The notes: generated from the letters alone by a model not told the origin. 46,865 nt of DNA from Armatimonadota bacterium (GCA_031363565.1 JANLUQ010000365.1:1-46865); one strand, 5' to 3'. Positions 17,009 to 26,279 are shown, numbered from the stretch's first letter. Numbers and translations are program-made.

Positions 17009-18199
17009 TCAATTCGTCAGCAGGGCGGCGGGCGTCCAAAACGCCTCATGCAGCAGGGCCATGCGCTGACCGCCGACCTCAGTGACCGCCGCTGTCCGGA
17101 CGCCTGCACCCGACGAGAGGGAAACGCGGACGACGCGGGTCAGGTCCGCCTCGCGCGAGGTCGTCCCCGGCGCGCTGTCCATACCGACCAGCCAGCACCC
17201 CACTCCCTCCGCATCCATCGAGGCCGGCTTGCGGGTGCTGGGCTGCATGGCGGCCTGCAAGGCATAAGACCGGAGCAGGGCGGGCCACATCTGATTGAAG
17301 AGTGTCGGGTTCTTGTAAAGGTCGGTGCAGACGATCTGGCCGTTGATGGTTGCGACCACGCCGATGACCCGCCCCGGCGCGTTAGCCTGGATCGGAACCG
17401 TCAGGGCGTCGGTGTAGGGCAGGACGGCCGACTGGGCAGTGCGGTTCTGGATCAAAGCCGCGTAGGTCCCCGTCGCCGTCGTCGCCCCAAAGCGATGTGT
17501 GGCCACGCCGACTGCGTTCCAGACCGGCTGCTGCTCACCGACGACTTGCATGGCGTAGCGGACCGAGGGGATCGCGATGGCGACATTCTTGCGGAAGTCC
17601 GCCGACGGCCCGCTCGACCGATGGCGCTCGACGCAGTAGGCGGCGACGCCCACCTGTGCGCTGCGGGCTGGGACGATGGTGTCCGAGGCTGCGCCCCGGT
17701 CCTGCCCGCCGCCCGGAACGACCTGCCCATCCGGCACATAGGTCGGCTGGGTGGCGGTGTTCGTCACCAGGATAAGGTTCGCGTCTCGATGCTCCCGGCC
17801 CTGCTCGGCATTGGTCACGGAGTCATCAGGCACCGTCAGGCCCTCCGCCTCGACGGGTGCAGACCCTTCCCCGTTAACGCAGGCGGCGTCCGACTCGCGC
17901 GCCGTCACGCTGCCCCTGTCCATGCCCTCCGCCAGCGTTACATACTCCGCCGGGGCGGGCCGCGCGGGCGCGGGCGCATCACCGTAGACGGGATAGACGG
18001 TCAGGTTGGCATAGGAGACGCCGGGGGCGATGTGCAGATGCCCAAACCCGTTCTGCAAGACCATCCCATCCTGTGCCGCCGACTGGGAATCGGGCGCTGC
18101 ACGATGATGGCTGACCATCTGCGCCGCCGCCACGACGACCGCGAGACCGATGACGCCCGCCAGGCCGGCGCGCGCAACCTTCGATGAGACCTGAGACAT
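17009..18199 (-). CDS. membrane-anchored extracytoplasmic hypothetical protein (possibly DUF6569/ARPP-1-like)
   Basis: ATG 18199 follows AGGAGA. TM anchor AGLAGVIGLAVVVAAA. NLTVYPVY and YCVERHR strings resemble that family from memory only. Four Cys residues. Confidence 0.55.
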   Translation of the reverse strand: MSQVSSKVARAGLAGVIGLAVVVAAAQMVSHHRAAPDSQSAAQDGMVLQNGFGHLHIAPGVSYANLTVYPVYGDAPAPARPAPAEYVTLAEGMDRGSVTARESDAACVNGEGSAPVEAEGLTVPDDSVTNAEQGREHRDANLILVTNTATQPTYVPDGQVVPGGGQDRGAASDTIVPARSAQVGVAAYCVERHRSSGPSADFRKNVAIAIPSVRYAMQVVGEQQPVWNAVGVATHRFGATTATGTYAALIQNRTAQSAVLPYTDALTVPIQANAPGRVIGVVATINGQIVCTDLYKNPTLFNQMWPALLRSYALQAAMQPSTRKPASMDAEGVGCWLVGMDSAPGTTSREADLTRVVRVSLSSGAGVRTAAVTEVGGQRMALLHEAFWTPAALLTN

Positions 18200-18341
18200 G
18201 ATCGTTTCTCCTATAAGACCTATAAGGCACGATGAGCCGAACACGAGGCCGAGAGGGCGCGCGCCGGATGAGGGCGCAGCGTGTAACACGAGTGATACGG
18301 GAGTATTATGACCGGGCGAACGCGAAAACGCAAGGGGTGGT

Positions 18342-18370
18342 TTGACAGCATTCCCCGGGCAGCGTATAAT
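18342..18370 (+). promoter_or_regulatory. consensus sigma-70 promoter
   Basis: TTGACA (18342-18347), 17 nt, TATAAT (18365-18370). Confidence 0.55.
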
Positions 18371-18377
18371 GACTCCC

Positions 18378-19532
18378 GTGACAGACCTTTCTCACCCGAC
18401 AGAGGCACCGAAGCACGCGGGGAACACCCCGTACCGCCTGCTGGATGCCTGGCGCGGCGTCGCCGCGCTCTGGGTCGTCATGCTGCATGTCCGCCTGGAG
18501 AGCACCCCCACTCTCCTATATCAATTCAGCGCAGGCGGTCATCTGGGCGTCCCGATGTTCTTCGTCATCTCCGGCTACTGCATCGCGAACGCCGCCGTGC
18601 GCTCGCTGAACGCACCCCAACCCGTGCGGCATTTCGCGACCGCCCGTATCCGCCGCATCTACCCGCCCTACCTACTTGCCTCGCTCATCGCGGTTGCCCT
18701 CTCCCTCGTACTGACATTTCTGATCCGGCATCACATCGTTCAGAGCAGCCAGATCGCCGATCTGGACCTGCTGCACCAAGGCTGGCGCTTCTACGTTGGA
18801 GCGCTGACGCTCACCCAACTCCTGCTCCACACGTCTTTCGTCATTCGGGTCTTGTGGAGTTTGTGCTACGAGGCGGCCTTTTACGCCGTCATTGCCCTGC
18901 TTCTATTCTTGGCAGTGCGGGCGAAGCAGACGCCTCGCCTGTTGGACGCCCTGGGAATCCTGACAGTCGGGACTTTGATCTGGCTGAATTTGGCCGGAGG
19001 AGTCAGCCCCTTCCCCTGGAGCCTCTGGCCGCAGTTCGGGCTGGGCGTACTCGTGTACCAGATCCTCGCACAGCCGGGACGCCGCGCCCCCCAAGCGATA
19101 TTCCTGATTTGCGCCGTTCTCGTTCTCTGGAACGCACTGCGGCACGACGCAGTCGGCTCCACCGACGGTCTTTCCGGCGGGTTTCAGGGCATTTTCACAC
19201 TCGCATTCGCGGTCGCCCTATTGCTGCTTTTCCGCTGGGATGACTGGCTAGTGGGGCGATGGCCGGTGCGGCTGTTTTCCAAAGTCGGGATATTTTCCTA
19301 CAGCCTGTACCTGATCCACCTGCTGGCGCTAGGGATCGTGACCCAGGGCCTCACCAGGCTTCACGCCTTCGGGTCTCATCCCTTGCTGCTGTACGGGGTG
19401 AAGCTGGCAGTCTGCGTCGCCGTGGGCTGGGTCTTTTTCCAGTTCTGCGAGCGGCCCTTCCTGGACACGCGGCAGCGGCAGGCGCGGCGGGAGACAATGC
19501 GAGAAACAATGGGGAAATCAGACCTGGCCTAA
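18378..19532 (+). CDS. acyltransferase family 3 (OafA-like) membrane protein
   Basis: RLLDAWRGVAALWVVMLH and GHLGVPMFFVISGYCI, with about 10 TM helices. The start is placed at GTG 18378, 7 nt after the -10 box (leaderless). The ORF-track TTG is the -35 box. Confidence 0.75.
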   Translation: MTDLSHPTEAPKHAGNTPYRLLDAWRGVAALWVVMLHVRLESTPTLLYQFSAGGHLGVPMFFVISGYCIANAAVRSLNAPQPVRHFATARIRRIYPPYLLASLIAVALSLVLTFLIRHHIVQSSQIADLDLLHQGWRFYVGALTLTQLLLHTSFVIRVLWSLCYEAAFYAVIALLLFLAVRAKQTPRLLDALGILTVGTLIWLNLAGGVSPFPWSLWPQFGLGVLVYQILAQPGRRAPQAIFLICAVLVLWNALRHDAVGSTDGLSGGFQGIFTLAFAVALLLLFRWDDWLVGRWPVRLFSKVGIFSYSLYLIHLLALGIVTQGLTRLHAFGSHPLLLYGVKLAVCVAVGWVFFQFCERPFLDTRQRQARRETMRETMGKSDLA

Positions 19533-20045
19533 AGGCCGGGAATGCTGCGGGGTGTCGCGGAGCGCCCCGAACAGCGCTAGCAGGAGCAGCAGAGGCATCT
19601 GCACGATCGAGGAAGCCTGCTCGTACAGATGGTGGAAGCGATCGAACGTCGCCAAGTCGCCGTGCGCTTGGGCGGCGTCCATCGCTGGCGTGAGGGAAAA
19701 ACCAAGGTACAGAGCCGTACAAAGCAGCAGGCCGCTGACGATCATTCCAGCCAGCGCCCAGCGGCGGGGGGCATCGCGTAGGAGCAGGGCATTCGCCAGG
19801 AGCAGCAAGACGCCGCAGGCATAGCAAAGGACGGTAAACAGATGGAGGCTGCCGCCGACGACCCCGCCGGCGACGGCGTTCTGCAAGGGGAGGTTACCTG
19901 CGAAGGCCGGGGCGGTGCGGGTGACATGGAAGGCAGTGGGCGCGACCAAAGCGCCGATGGCGACCAGCCCACCGAGCCATAAGGACAGGGCGACGGCGTG
20001 CAGGGTGCGGGCGAGGATAGGAATAAAGAGGTACATGGAAGGCAT
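19518..20045 (-). CDS. DUF4149-like membrane protein
   Basis: ARTLHAVALSLWLGGLVAIGALVAPTAF N-terminus with four TM helices. Start is trimmed so it does not overlap hisS. Confidence 0.55.
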   Translation of the reverse strand: MPSMYLFIPILARTLHAVALSLWLGGLVAIGALVAPTAFHVTRTAPAFAGNLPLQNAVAGGVVGGSLHLFTVLCYACGVLLLLANALLLRDAPRRWALAGMIVSGLLLCTALYLGFSLTPAMDAAQAHGDLATFDRFHHLYEQASSIVQMPLLLLLALFGALRDTPQHSRPLGQV

Positions 20046-20056
20046 CAAGCGGGTCT

Positions 20057-21355
20057 TCAGAGTGACGGGCGGCGGCTGCCGCCTTCCAGCCACTCGACGG
20101 CCTCAGCCAGCGGGACACGATGCTGCCAGCCATCGTACAGGCTCTTGAGCTGGATGGTGCCTGCCGCAATCTCATCGTCGCCCAGGATCAAAGCGTAGCG
20201 GGCCTGGGCGCGGTCGGCGGCCTTCATCTGCGCCTTCATGCTGCGGCCGCCGTACTCCGTCTGGGCAGAGATGCCCGCCGCCCGCAGATCGGCCAGCAGC
20301 TTCATTCCGACGGGCCGGGCGACATCGCCCTGAATGACGATGAAGGCGGTCGGAACGGGGGCGGACGGCATCTCGACGGCCAGCGACTGCAAGGCGATCA
20401 AAGCGCGCTCGACCCCCAGCCCGAAGCCGATGCCGGGTGTCGGCGGCCCGCCAATCTGCTCGACCAGCGTGTTGTAGCGTCCCCCACCCCCCAAGGCATT
20501 CTGCGCGCCAAGGTCGGGCGACTGGATTTCGAAGGCGGTCTTGGTATAGTAGTCGAAGCCGCGCACCAGGAACGGGTCCGGCTCATAGGCGACTCCGGCA
20601 TCGTTGAGGTAGCCGATTAGGGCCTCGTGGTGCGCCCGCTCATCGTCGGCGAGGTAGGCGTCGAGGGTGGGCGCAGTGGAAAGAATCTCCAGCTCGCGCA
20701 CGTTCTTGGTGTCCAGGAGCCGCAGGGGGTTTGCGTGAAAGCGGGCCTGCCCTTCCCCGCTGAACTCGGGAAGGTACGGCTCGACGTAGGCCTTCAAAGC
20801 GACCAGGTAGGCCGCCCGAGACTCGATCGAGCCGACGGAGTTAAGCTTGAGCGTCAGGTTGCGGACACCAACGCTGCGGAAGAAGGCCAGGGCCAGCCCA
20901 ATGACTTCGGCATCCAGGGCAGGGTCATCCGCGCCCAGCGCCTCGACGCCAAGCTGCTCGTGCTGCCGGTAGCGGCCTTCCTGGGAGCGCTCGTAGCGGA
21001 AGTGGGAGGCGCAGTAGTAAAGTTTGGTGACGCCGCCGCGCGCATACAATGAGTTCTCGACATAGGCCCGCAGGACGGCAGCCGTGCTTTCAGGGCGCAG
21101 GGTGAGCGAATCGCCGCCCTTTGTCTCGAACGTGTACATCTCCTTGGAGACGATGTCCGTGCCTTCACCGACAGACCGCTTGAACAAGTCGGTGGTCTCA
21201 AAAGCGGGGGTTCGGATTTCGCTGTAGCCGTAGAGGTGGCACAAGGAACGGAACTGTTCTTCCAGGTAAAGGCAGCGCGTGCTGTCATTCACCCATTTAG
21301 GGGCGTCCGGGACGAAGTCGTGTGTCCCCTTTGGTCGCTGATACTTCAGGGGCAT
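20057..21355 (-). CDS. hisS: histidine--tRNA ligase
   Basis: MPLKYQRPKGTHDFVP start, class II aaRS motifs and a C-terminal anticodon-binding domain pattern. Confidence 0.95.
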   Translation of the reverse strand: MPLKYQRPKGTHDFVPDAPKWVNDSTRCLYLEEQFRSLCHLYGYSEIRTPAFETTDLFKRSVGEGTDIVSKEMYTFETKGGDSLTLRPESTAAVLRAYVENSLYARGGVTKLYYCASHFRYERSQEGRYRQHEQLGVEALGADDPALDAEVIGLALAFFRSVGVRNLTLKLNSVGSIESRAAYLVALKAYVEPYLPEFSGEGQARFHANPLRLLDTKNVRELEILSTAPTLDAYLADDERAHHEALIGYLNDAGVAYEPDPFLVRGFDYYTKTAFEIQSPDLGAQNALGGGGRYNTLVEQIGGPPTPGIGFGLGVERALIALQSLAVEMPSAPVPTAFIVIQGDVARPVGMKLLADLRAAGISAQTEYGGRSMKAQMKAADRAQARYALILGDDEIAAGTIQLKSLYDGWQHRVPLAEAVEWLEGGSRRPSL

Positions 21356-21358
21356 AAC

Positions 21359-22351
21359 TCAGGCCGCCTCGCTCTCGTCCTCGGCAAACCGGCCCATACG
21401 GCGGAACTTCTCATAGCGCTGCGCGACCAGGGCTGGAACGGGGATATCCAGCAGCGGGGAAAGGTGACTCAGCAGGGCTGCCTTGACATTGGCCGTGGCT
21501 TCGGCGTAGTCCCGGTGCGCGCCGCCCAGCGGCTCGTCAATGATGCTGTCTATGACGCCAAGCTCCAGGGCGCGCTGGGCGGTCAGGTTCAGCACTTTGG
21601 CCGCCTCATCTTTGCGCTCCGGGTCGCGCCACAAAATGGCCGCGAAGCCCTCAGGCGGGATGACCGAGTAGACGGCATGTTCGAGCATTAGGACGCGGTC
21701 GGCGACCGCGACTCCCAGGGCGCCGCCGCTGCCACCCTCGCCGATGACGATCGAGACGATGGGAACGGGCAGGGTCACCATCTCGAACATAGAGCGCGCA
21801 ATGGATTCCGAGATGCCGCGCTCATCGGCGGCGATGTCGGCGGCGGCGGCAGCGGTGTCCACCAGGGTCACGACCGGCAGGCCGAACTTGGCGGCAAGGG
21901 CCATGATGCGGCCCGCTTTGCGGAACCCCTCGGGCCGGGCGGACCCGAAGTTCCGGTACTGGCGCTGCTTCAGGTCGCGCCCCTTTTGATGGCCGACGAC
22001 GGCGACCGGCAGTCCGTCCAGCTTCGCCAAGCCGGCGACGATCGCGCCGTCGTCGCCGAACAGGCGATCACCGTGCAGCTCCGTCCAGTCCTCAAAGATC
22101 GCGCCGATGTAGTCCAGCGTGTAGGGACGCTTGACATGGCGGGCGAGCAGGACTTTGTCCCAGGGCGACAGATCGGAGAAGAAGGAGGCCAAGACGGCGG
22201 ATTTGTGGTCTTCGAGGTCGGCGATCTGGAGGGCGAGATCCGGCGTGTTTTGCGGGTTGGCCCGGTCGGCGACGACTTGACGGAGTTTGGATAGGTTCTC
22301 GTCCAGCTCGGCGATGGATTTCTCGAAGTCCAGGACGTTCAGGCTAGGCAT
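21359..22351 (-). CDS. accA: acetyl-CoA carboxylase carboxyltransferase alpha subunit
   Basis: LDFEKSIAELDENLSKL start and the carboxyltransferase fold motif IGEGGSGGAL. ATG 22351 is preceded by GGAGG. Confidence 0.9.
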   Translation of the reverse strand: MPSLNVLDFEKSIAELDENLSKLRQVVADRANPQNTPDLALQIADLEDHKSAVLASFFSDLSPWDKVLLARHVKRPYTLDYIGAIFEDWTELHGDRLFGDDGAIVAGLAKLDGLPVAVVGHQKGRDLKQRQYRNFGSARPEGFRKAGRIMALAAKFGLPVVTLVDTAAAAADIAADERGISESIARSMFEMVTLPVPIVSIVIGEGGSGGALGVAVADRVLMLEHAVYSVIPPEGFAAILWRDPERKDEAAKVLNLTAQRALELGVIDSIIDEPLGGAHRDYAEATANVKAALLSHLSPLLDIPVPALVAQRYEKFRRMGRFAEDESEAA

Positions 22352-23312
22352 GGGTGTCCTCCACGCCCGACAGCACCAGCGGCCCGTGAACCGCGGCGCC
22401 TGCCGCCCCATTGGTCCCATTGCGGGTCAAGGCTTGGGCGTGGGCCGGAACGGCGGAGGGGCGGCCCGCCAGCAGGGTCAGCAATGTGGCGAGTGTCTGG
22501 GGCAGATCCCGGCGGGGCACGACGGCATCAATATGACCATGCGCGAGCTGCCATTCCGCCGTTTGATAGTCTTCGGGGGGTTTCTGCACGGTCGCCTGTG
22601 CGACGACACGCGCGCCAGCGAAGCCGATGGTCGCGCCGGGTTCTGCTAGGTGGACGTCGCCCAATGAGGCATAGGAGGCCAGGACGCCGGCCATGGTAGA
22701 GTCGGTCAGAACGACGAGGTAGGGCAGCCTAGCTTCGGCCAGCCGGGCGGCGGCAGCCGCGGTCTTCGCCATTTGCATCAGCGATAGCAGGCCCTCCTGC
22801 ATCCGCGCGCCGCCGCCTGTGGCAGTGAAGATCACCACGGGGAGGCGGCGCGACACGCCTTCTTCCATCGCCCGCGCGACCTTCTCGCCATGCACCGACC
22901 CCATGGAGCCGGCCATGAAATGGAAGTCGGCAACGCCCAGAACAATCGGATTGCCGACGATCTTCGCCAGTCCGACCCGGAAACTGTCGTTACCACCGGT
23001 CGCCCCGACCGCCTTGGTGAGCTTCGCCTCATAGTCCTCGAAGGGCAGGGGGTTGGTCGAGCGCAGGTCGGCGAACATCTCATGCCAGGTGCCTTCGTCC
23101 ACCGTATAGGCGATACGCTCCAGGGCCGTCAGCTTGTGATGGAACCCACAGACCGGGCAGACCTTCAGGTTCTTCTCGAAATCCTTGGTGAACAGGATCT
23201 CGCCGCAACGGGCGCACTTAGTGGCGACTCCGTCGGGAACCAGCGCAGCCGACTCGGCTGCGGGGGCGGGGGCAAATTTGGATTTACGGCGAAACCATCC
23301 GTCCGGGGGCAT
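22344..23312 (-). CDS. accD: acetyl-CoA carboxylase carboxyltransferase beta subunit
   Basis: N-terminal zinc ribbon CARCGEILFTKDFEKNLKVCPVCGFH followed by the CT-beta domain. Confidence 0.9.
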   Translation of the reverse strand: MPPDGWFRRKSKFAPAPAAESAALVPDGVATKCARCGEILFTKDFEKNLKVCPVCGFHHKLTALERIAYTVDEGTWHEMFADLRSTNPLPFEDYEAKLTKAVGATGGNDSFRVGLAKIVGNPIVLGVADFHFMAGSMGSVHGEKVARAMEEGVSRRLPVVIFTATGGGARMQEGLLSLMQMAKTAAAAARLAEARLPYLVVLTDSTMAGVLASYASLGDVHLAEPGATIGFAGARVVAQATVQKPPEDYQTAEWQLAHGHIDAVVPRRDLPQTLATLLTLLAGRPSAVPAHAQALTRNGTNGAAGAAVHGPLVLSGVEDTHA

Positions 23313-23418
23313 AAAACATCCTCGCGCATCGTGTCTTCTCGCCTTGCGGGAATTTTGGGAGAAGCCTTGCGATCTCCCATTATACCCTTACAGACAGCGA
23401 AACGCGCGGATTGTTTCA

Positions 23419-23673
23419 CTATGCCCCTATTCTCGCTCGCGCGATCCACGTCGTTCCAGCGGCGGGCTTGTCGAACCGATGGTGCCGCGTCGAGTGGGAC
23501 ATCCGCACCGTTTCCGGCGGGAGTGTGTCCAAGCCCGTGTCCGTCAAGACCGTCCCGTTTTCACTCCTTACCACCGCCTGGGGCGCGGGCTGCCCACTCA
23601 AAGTGGACGTGAAGGCGGCCGTCGAACCGGCGGAGACGGCGAGAAAGTAGGCGACAAAGCGGCGTGTTGACAT
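23419..23673 (-). CDS. small secreted hypothetical protein (84 aa)
   Basis: ATG 23673 follows a strong AGGAGG site at 7-nt spacing. Signal-like MSTRRFVAYFLAVSAGSTAAF. Confidence 0.4.
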   Translation of the reverse strand: MSTRRFVAYFLAVSAGSTAAFTSTLSGQPAPQAVVRSENGTVLTDTGLDTLPPETVRMSHSTRHHRFDKPAAGTTWIARARIGA

Positions 23674-23816
23674 AACTTGACCTCCTGGGACAAATACGGC
23701 TAGAACAAATACGGATGCGATTTTGCTTAAGCCTGATTGTCGGGGGCGGACAGAGCCGGGAAGAGACGGTAAAATCACTGGGTTCGATCGAGTCCAAAAC
23801 GGCGTGGTCCCGGCGA

Positions 23817-25001
23817 TCACGGCGAGACCGATGCCAGCGCGCGCCGGGTGCGCGGCGCAGAAGCGGGAACCGGCGGGAGGGAGGATGGGGCGTAGCCCAG
23901 CGAGGAGTGACGGATGACGAGGCGGGCGGGGAAGACTTCGGAGACGAAGGTGGCCGAGGGGTCAGCCATCCGGCGCAGAATCAGCGAGCCGGCCGTCTTG
24001 CCGATGCCATCGAAGTCCTGCGCCATCGTGGTCAGGCCAAGGTCGTCCAGGCCCGGCGGGACGACATCGTCGAAACCGACCAGGGCGATGTCTTCCGGCA
24101 CGCGCAGGCCCAGACATCGCAGTTCGGCCACGAGCGGAGGCGCCCAGAAGTCGGCCAGCAGGAACACGGCAGTGGGGGCGTCCTGGCCCATGAAGAGCAG
24201 GCGCATCTGGCTCGGGTCCAGCCGCCGGCCGCCGTCGCGCAGCAGGATCAGGTCGCGCGGACTAAATTCCAGCCCGGCATCGTGCAGTGCCTGCTGGTAG
24301 CCGCGCAGCCGATCAGCGGCGGCCTCGGTCGTCTCCATGCCGGTCAGGTGCGCGATCCGGGTGTGTCCCTGCGCGATCAAGTGCTGCGTCGCCTCGTAGG
24401 CACCCTGCAGGTTGTCGGTCCCCACAAAATCCAGTGTGAGGCCGGGGACACGGCGGTCTATGGCGACGACGGGCATCTCGGCTTGTAGGGTCCGGATCAA
24501 GTCAACATTGGCGTGTCCGCCTTCGTGCCACAGAACGACGCCCGCGAATCCGTTCTCGCGGGCGTAGCGCAGCCCCTCCGCCTCTTTCTCCGCCGCCTTT
24601 TGGTAGGTGTCGGCGTAGGTGTCGAGAACAAGCGGATGATAACCCTGCGTGCCCAGAGTCTCGTTGATGCCGTAGAAGGTGTCTGTGAACAAGGTGCCGC
24701 CGAATCGGCGCCCCAAAAGGACGCCGACGAGGTGCGGCTCGACGGCGGGACCGTAGCGGCGCGGGGCGCCCGGTTTGCGGACAGGGGGCTGGGCACGATG
24801 CCGCGCCGTGTAGCCGAGATGGGCTGCTGCCGCCAGCACGTTCAGGCGCGTCCCTTCGGAAATGAAGATGCCGTTCTGGCGATCGTTCAGCACAGTGGAA
24901 ACGACGGACTGCGAAACCTTGGCCCGCTCGGCCACGTCTTTGAGAGTGACCAGCTTGAGTGACGGCATGGCGGGTGGGACTTTCTGGATTGAGACTTTCA
25001 T
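23817..25001 (-). CDS. LacI-family transcriptional regulator
   Basis: HTH VTLKDVAERAKVSQSVVSTVLN plus a periplasmic-binding-like effector domain. The start is ambiguous: ATG 25001 or ATG 24968. Confidence 0.85.
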   Translation of the reverse strand: MKVSIQKVPPAMPSLKLVTLKDVAERAKVSQSVVSTVLNDRQNGIFISEGTRLNVLAAAAHLGYTARHRAQPPVRKPGAPRRYGPAVEPHLVGVLLGRRFGGTLFTDTFYGINETLGTQGYHPLVLDTYADTYQKAAEKEAEGLRYARENGFAGVVLWHEGGHANVDLIRTLQAEMPVVAIDRRVPGLTLDFVGTDNLQGAYEATQHLIAQGHTRIAHLTGMETTEAAADRLRGYQQALHDAGLEFSPRDLILLRDGGRRLDPSQMRLLFMGQDAPTAVFLLADFWAPPLVAELRCLGLRVPEDIALVGFDDVVPPGLDDLGLTTMAQDFDGIGKTAGSLILRRMADPSATFVSEVFPARLVIRHSSLGYAPSSLPPVPASAPRTRRALASVSP

Positions 25002-25070
25002 GCGGCATCGCAGACGACTGTCGGACGGCACAGCCGGACTCAGGACTCGACTTTATATAAAGATTGCCTT

Positions 25071-25100
25071 AGTTTACCTAGCCGCTCCTTTGTTTGTCAA
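25071..25100 (-). promoter_or_regulatory. sigma-70-like promoter for the LacI-family gene
   Basis: Minus strand: TTGACA (25100..25095), 18 nt, TAAACT (25076..25071). Confidence 0.4.
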
Positions 25101-25134
25101 GTGCCGGTGGATCCGGGTCGGGACAATCGCACAT

Positions 25135-25205
25135 GCGGGGCAGGCACGGGACAGAAAGGGCAGCCACGGAGGGTTATCCCAACCGGTCCTCCGTGCCTGC
25201 CCCGC
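25135..25205 (-). terminator. GC-rich 15-bp-stem hairpin between the deacetylase gene and the lacI-type promoter (no U-tract)
   Basis: GCGGGGCAGGCACGG (25135-25149) pairs perfectly with 25191-25205. An alternative inner stem pairs CACGGAGG (25165-25172) with CCTCCGTG (25188-25195). Confidence 0.35.
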
Positions 25206-25336
25206 CTTCCCTATATCTCCCCTGTGTATGTGATCGGCCTGGGATCTGGGTGCTGAATGCCCGCGTATCGGGGAATTCACTCGATAATTTATACGAAAAG
25301 CTTGTGTTTTCAGGCGAATTCTGTTAAAGTGTGGTA

Positions 25337-26161
25337 TTACGGCATCGTGGCCGTGGGCGCTCCAGGCAGGAGCCGGGTGGGTCGCCGCGCATGGAGGCGG
25401 CCCAGCATTTGGCTGACGGTGACGAACTGGTAGCCTTGTGCGCGCAGGCCGTCAATGATGGCGGGCAAAGCCGAGATCGTCGCGGGCGTGTCCTGATGCA
25501 GCAGGATGATCGCTCCAGGCGCGGTACGGTCCAAGACGCGCTCCCGAATGAAATCTGCTGTCGTGTCCTTGTCGTAGTCTTTGGCCCCAACAGTCCAGGA
25601 AACCGTGACATAGCCCAAGGCTTTGGCGACGCCAAGCACCTTGTCATTATACTGGACGCCGGGCGGACGCATCAGGGTCGTGTGCTGCCCGGTCGCCCGC
25701 ACGATGTCCGCGTCGCACAGGCGCAATTCGTTCGCGATCTCGTGAGGCTTCAGGGCAGGCAGGCTCTGATGGTTATAAGTGTGGTTCGCCAGCTCGAAGC
25801 CGTCGCCGGCCAGCAGTTTGGCAACGTCGGGGTACTCCTTGACGCGCAGGCCGACCAGGAAAAACGTCGCCGAAACTTTTTTTTGTTTCAGGATAGCGGC
25901 CACGGCGGGGCCATAGCGTGGGTCCGGCCCATCGTCGAATGTCAAGGCGACCTCACGAACGGACGGGTCGCCTTCCTGGAGCAAGGCTTGGCCGGGGTCA
26001 TAGTGGTCTATGCCCTTCCAGTGGCGCACCCACTCGACCGGGCTGAAGACTTTCCGCAGGGGCACCTTACGATGGGGGTTCAGCACCCAGAAGGCCAGCC
26101 CGACTCCGAAGATAACGAAGGCTCCCACAAATGGAAGCGATTTACGAACGCGAGGCGACAT
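25337..26161 (-). CDS. polysaccharide deacetylase (NodB homology domain), membrane-anchored
   Basis: NodB motifs TFDDGP and NHTYNH, with an N-terminal TM helix. Confidence 0.85.
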   Translation of the reverse strand: MSPRVRKSLPFVGAFVIFGVGLAFWVLNPHRKVPLRKVFSPVEWVRHWKGIDHYDPGQALLQEGDPSVREVALTFDDGPDPRYGPAVAAILKQKKVSATFFLVGLRVKEYPDVAKLLAGDGFELANHTYNHQSLPALKPHEIANELRLCDADIVRATGQHTTLMRPPGVQYNDKVLGVAKALGYVTVSWTVGAKDYDKDTTADFIRERVLDRTAPGAIILLHQDTPATISALPAIIDGLRAQGYQFVTVSQMLGRLHARRPTRLLPGAPTATMP

Positions 26162-26167
26162 AGGGGC

Positions 26168-26176
26168 ATTATACCA
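26168..26176 (-). promoter_or_regulatory. extended -10 promoter (TGGTATAAT) placed 6 nt from the deacetylase ATG
   Basis: Minus strand reads TGGTATAAT-GCCCCT-ATG. Confidence 0.45.
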
Positions 26177-26250
26177 GGAAAGAAGAAGCCGCGATTTCGG
26201 GGCGTATTTCAGCCATTTTTTGTGTATTTTTCATGTCCCGCAAACAGTGC

Positions 26251-26279
26251 TTGACGAACCACCCGGAATTGACTATAAT
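26251..26279 (+). promoter_or_regulatory. consensus-like sigma-70 promoter of the hspR-like/rpoZ/dnaK unit
   Basis: TTGACG (26251-26256), 17 nt, TATAAT (26274-26279). Confidence 0.55.

Noticed and set aside
17048-18187. 379-aa plus-strand ORF
   Set aside because: It is a shadow of the minus-strand membrane-anchored protein gene, which has an RBS and a TM anchor. Its composition is Arg/Gly/Pro-rich and implausible for a protein.
23740-23800. tRNA-like T-loop string GGTTCGATC
   Set aside because: No acceptor, D or anticodon stems could be built around it.
25331-26254. 307-aa plus-strand ORF
   Set aside because: It is antisense to the NodB-domain deacetylase gene.
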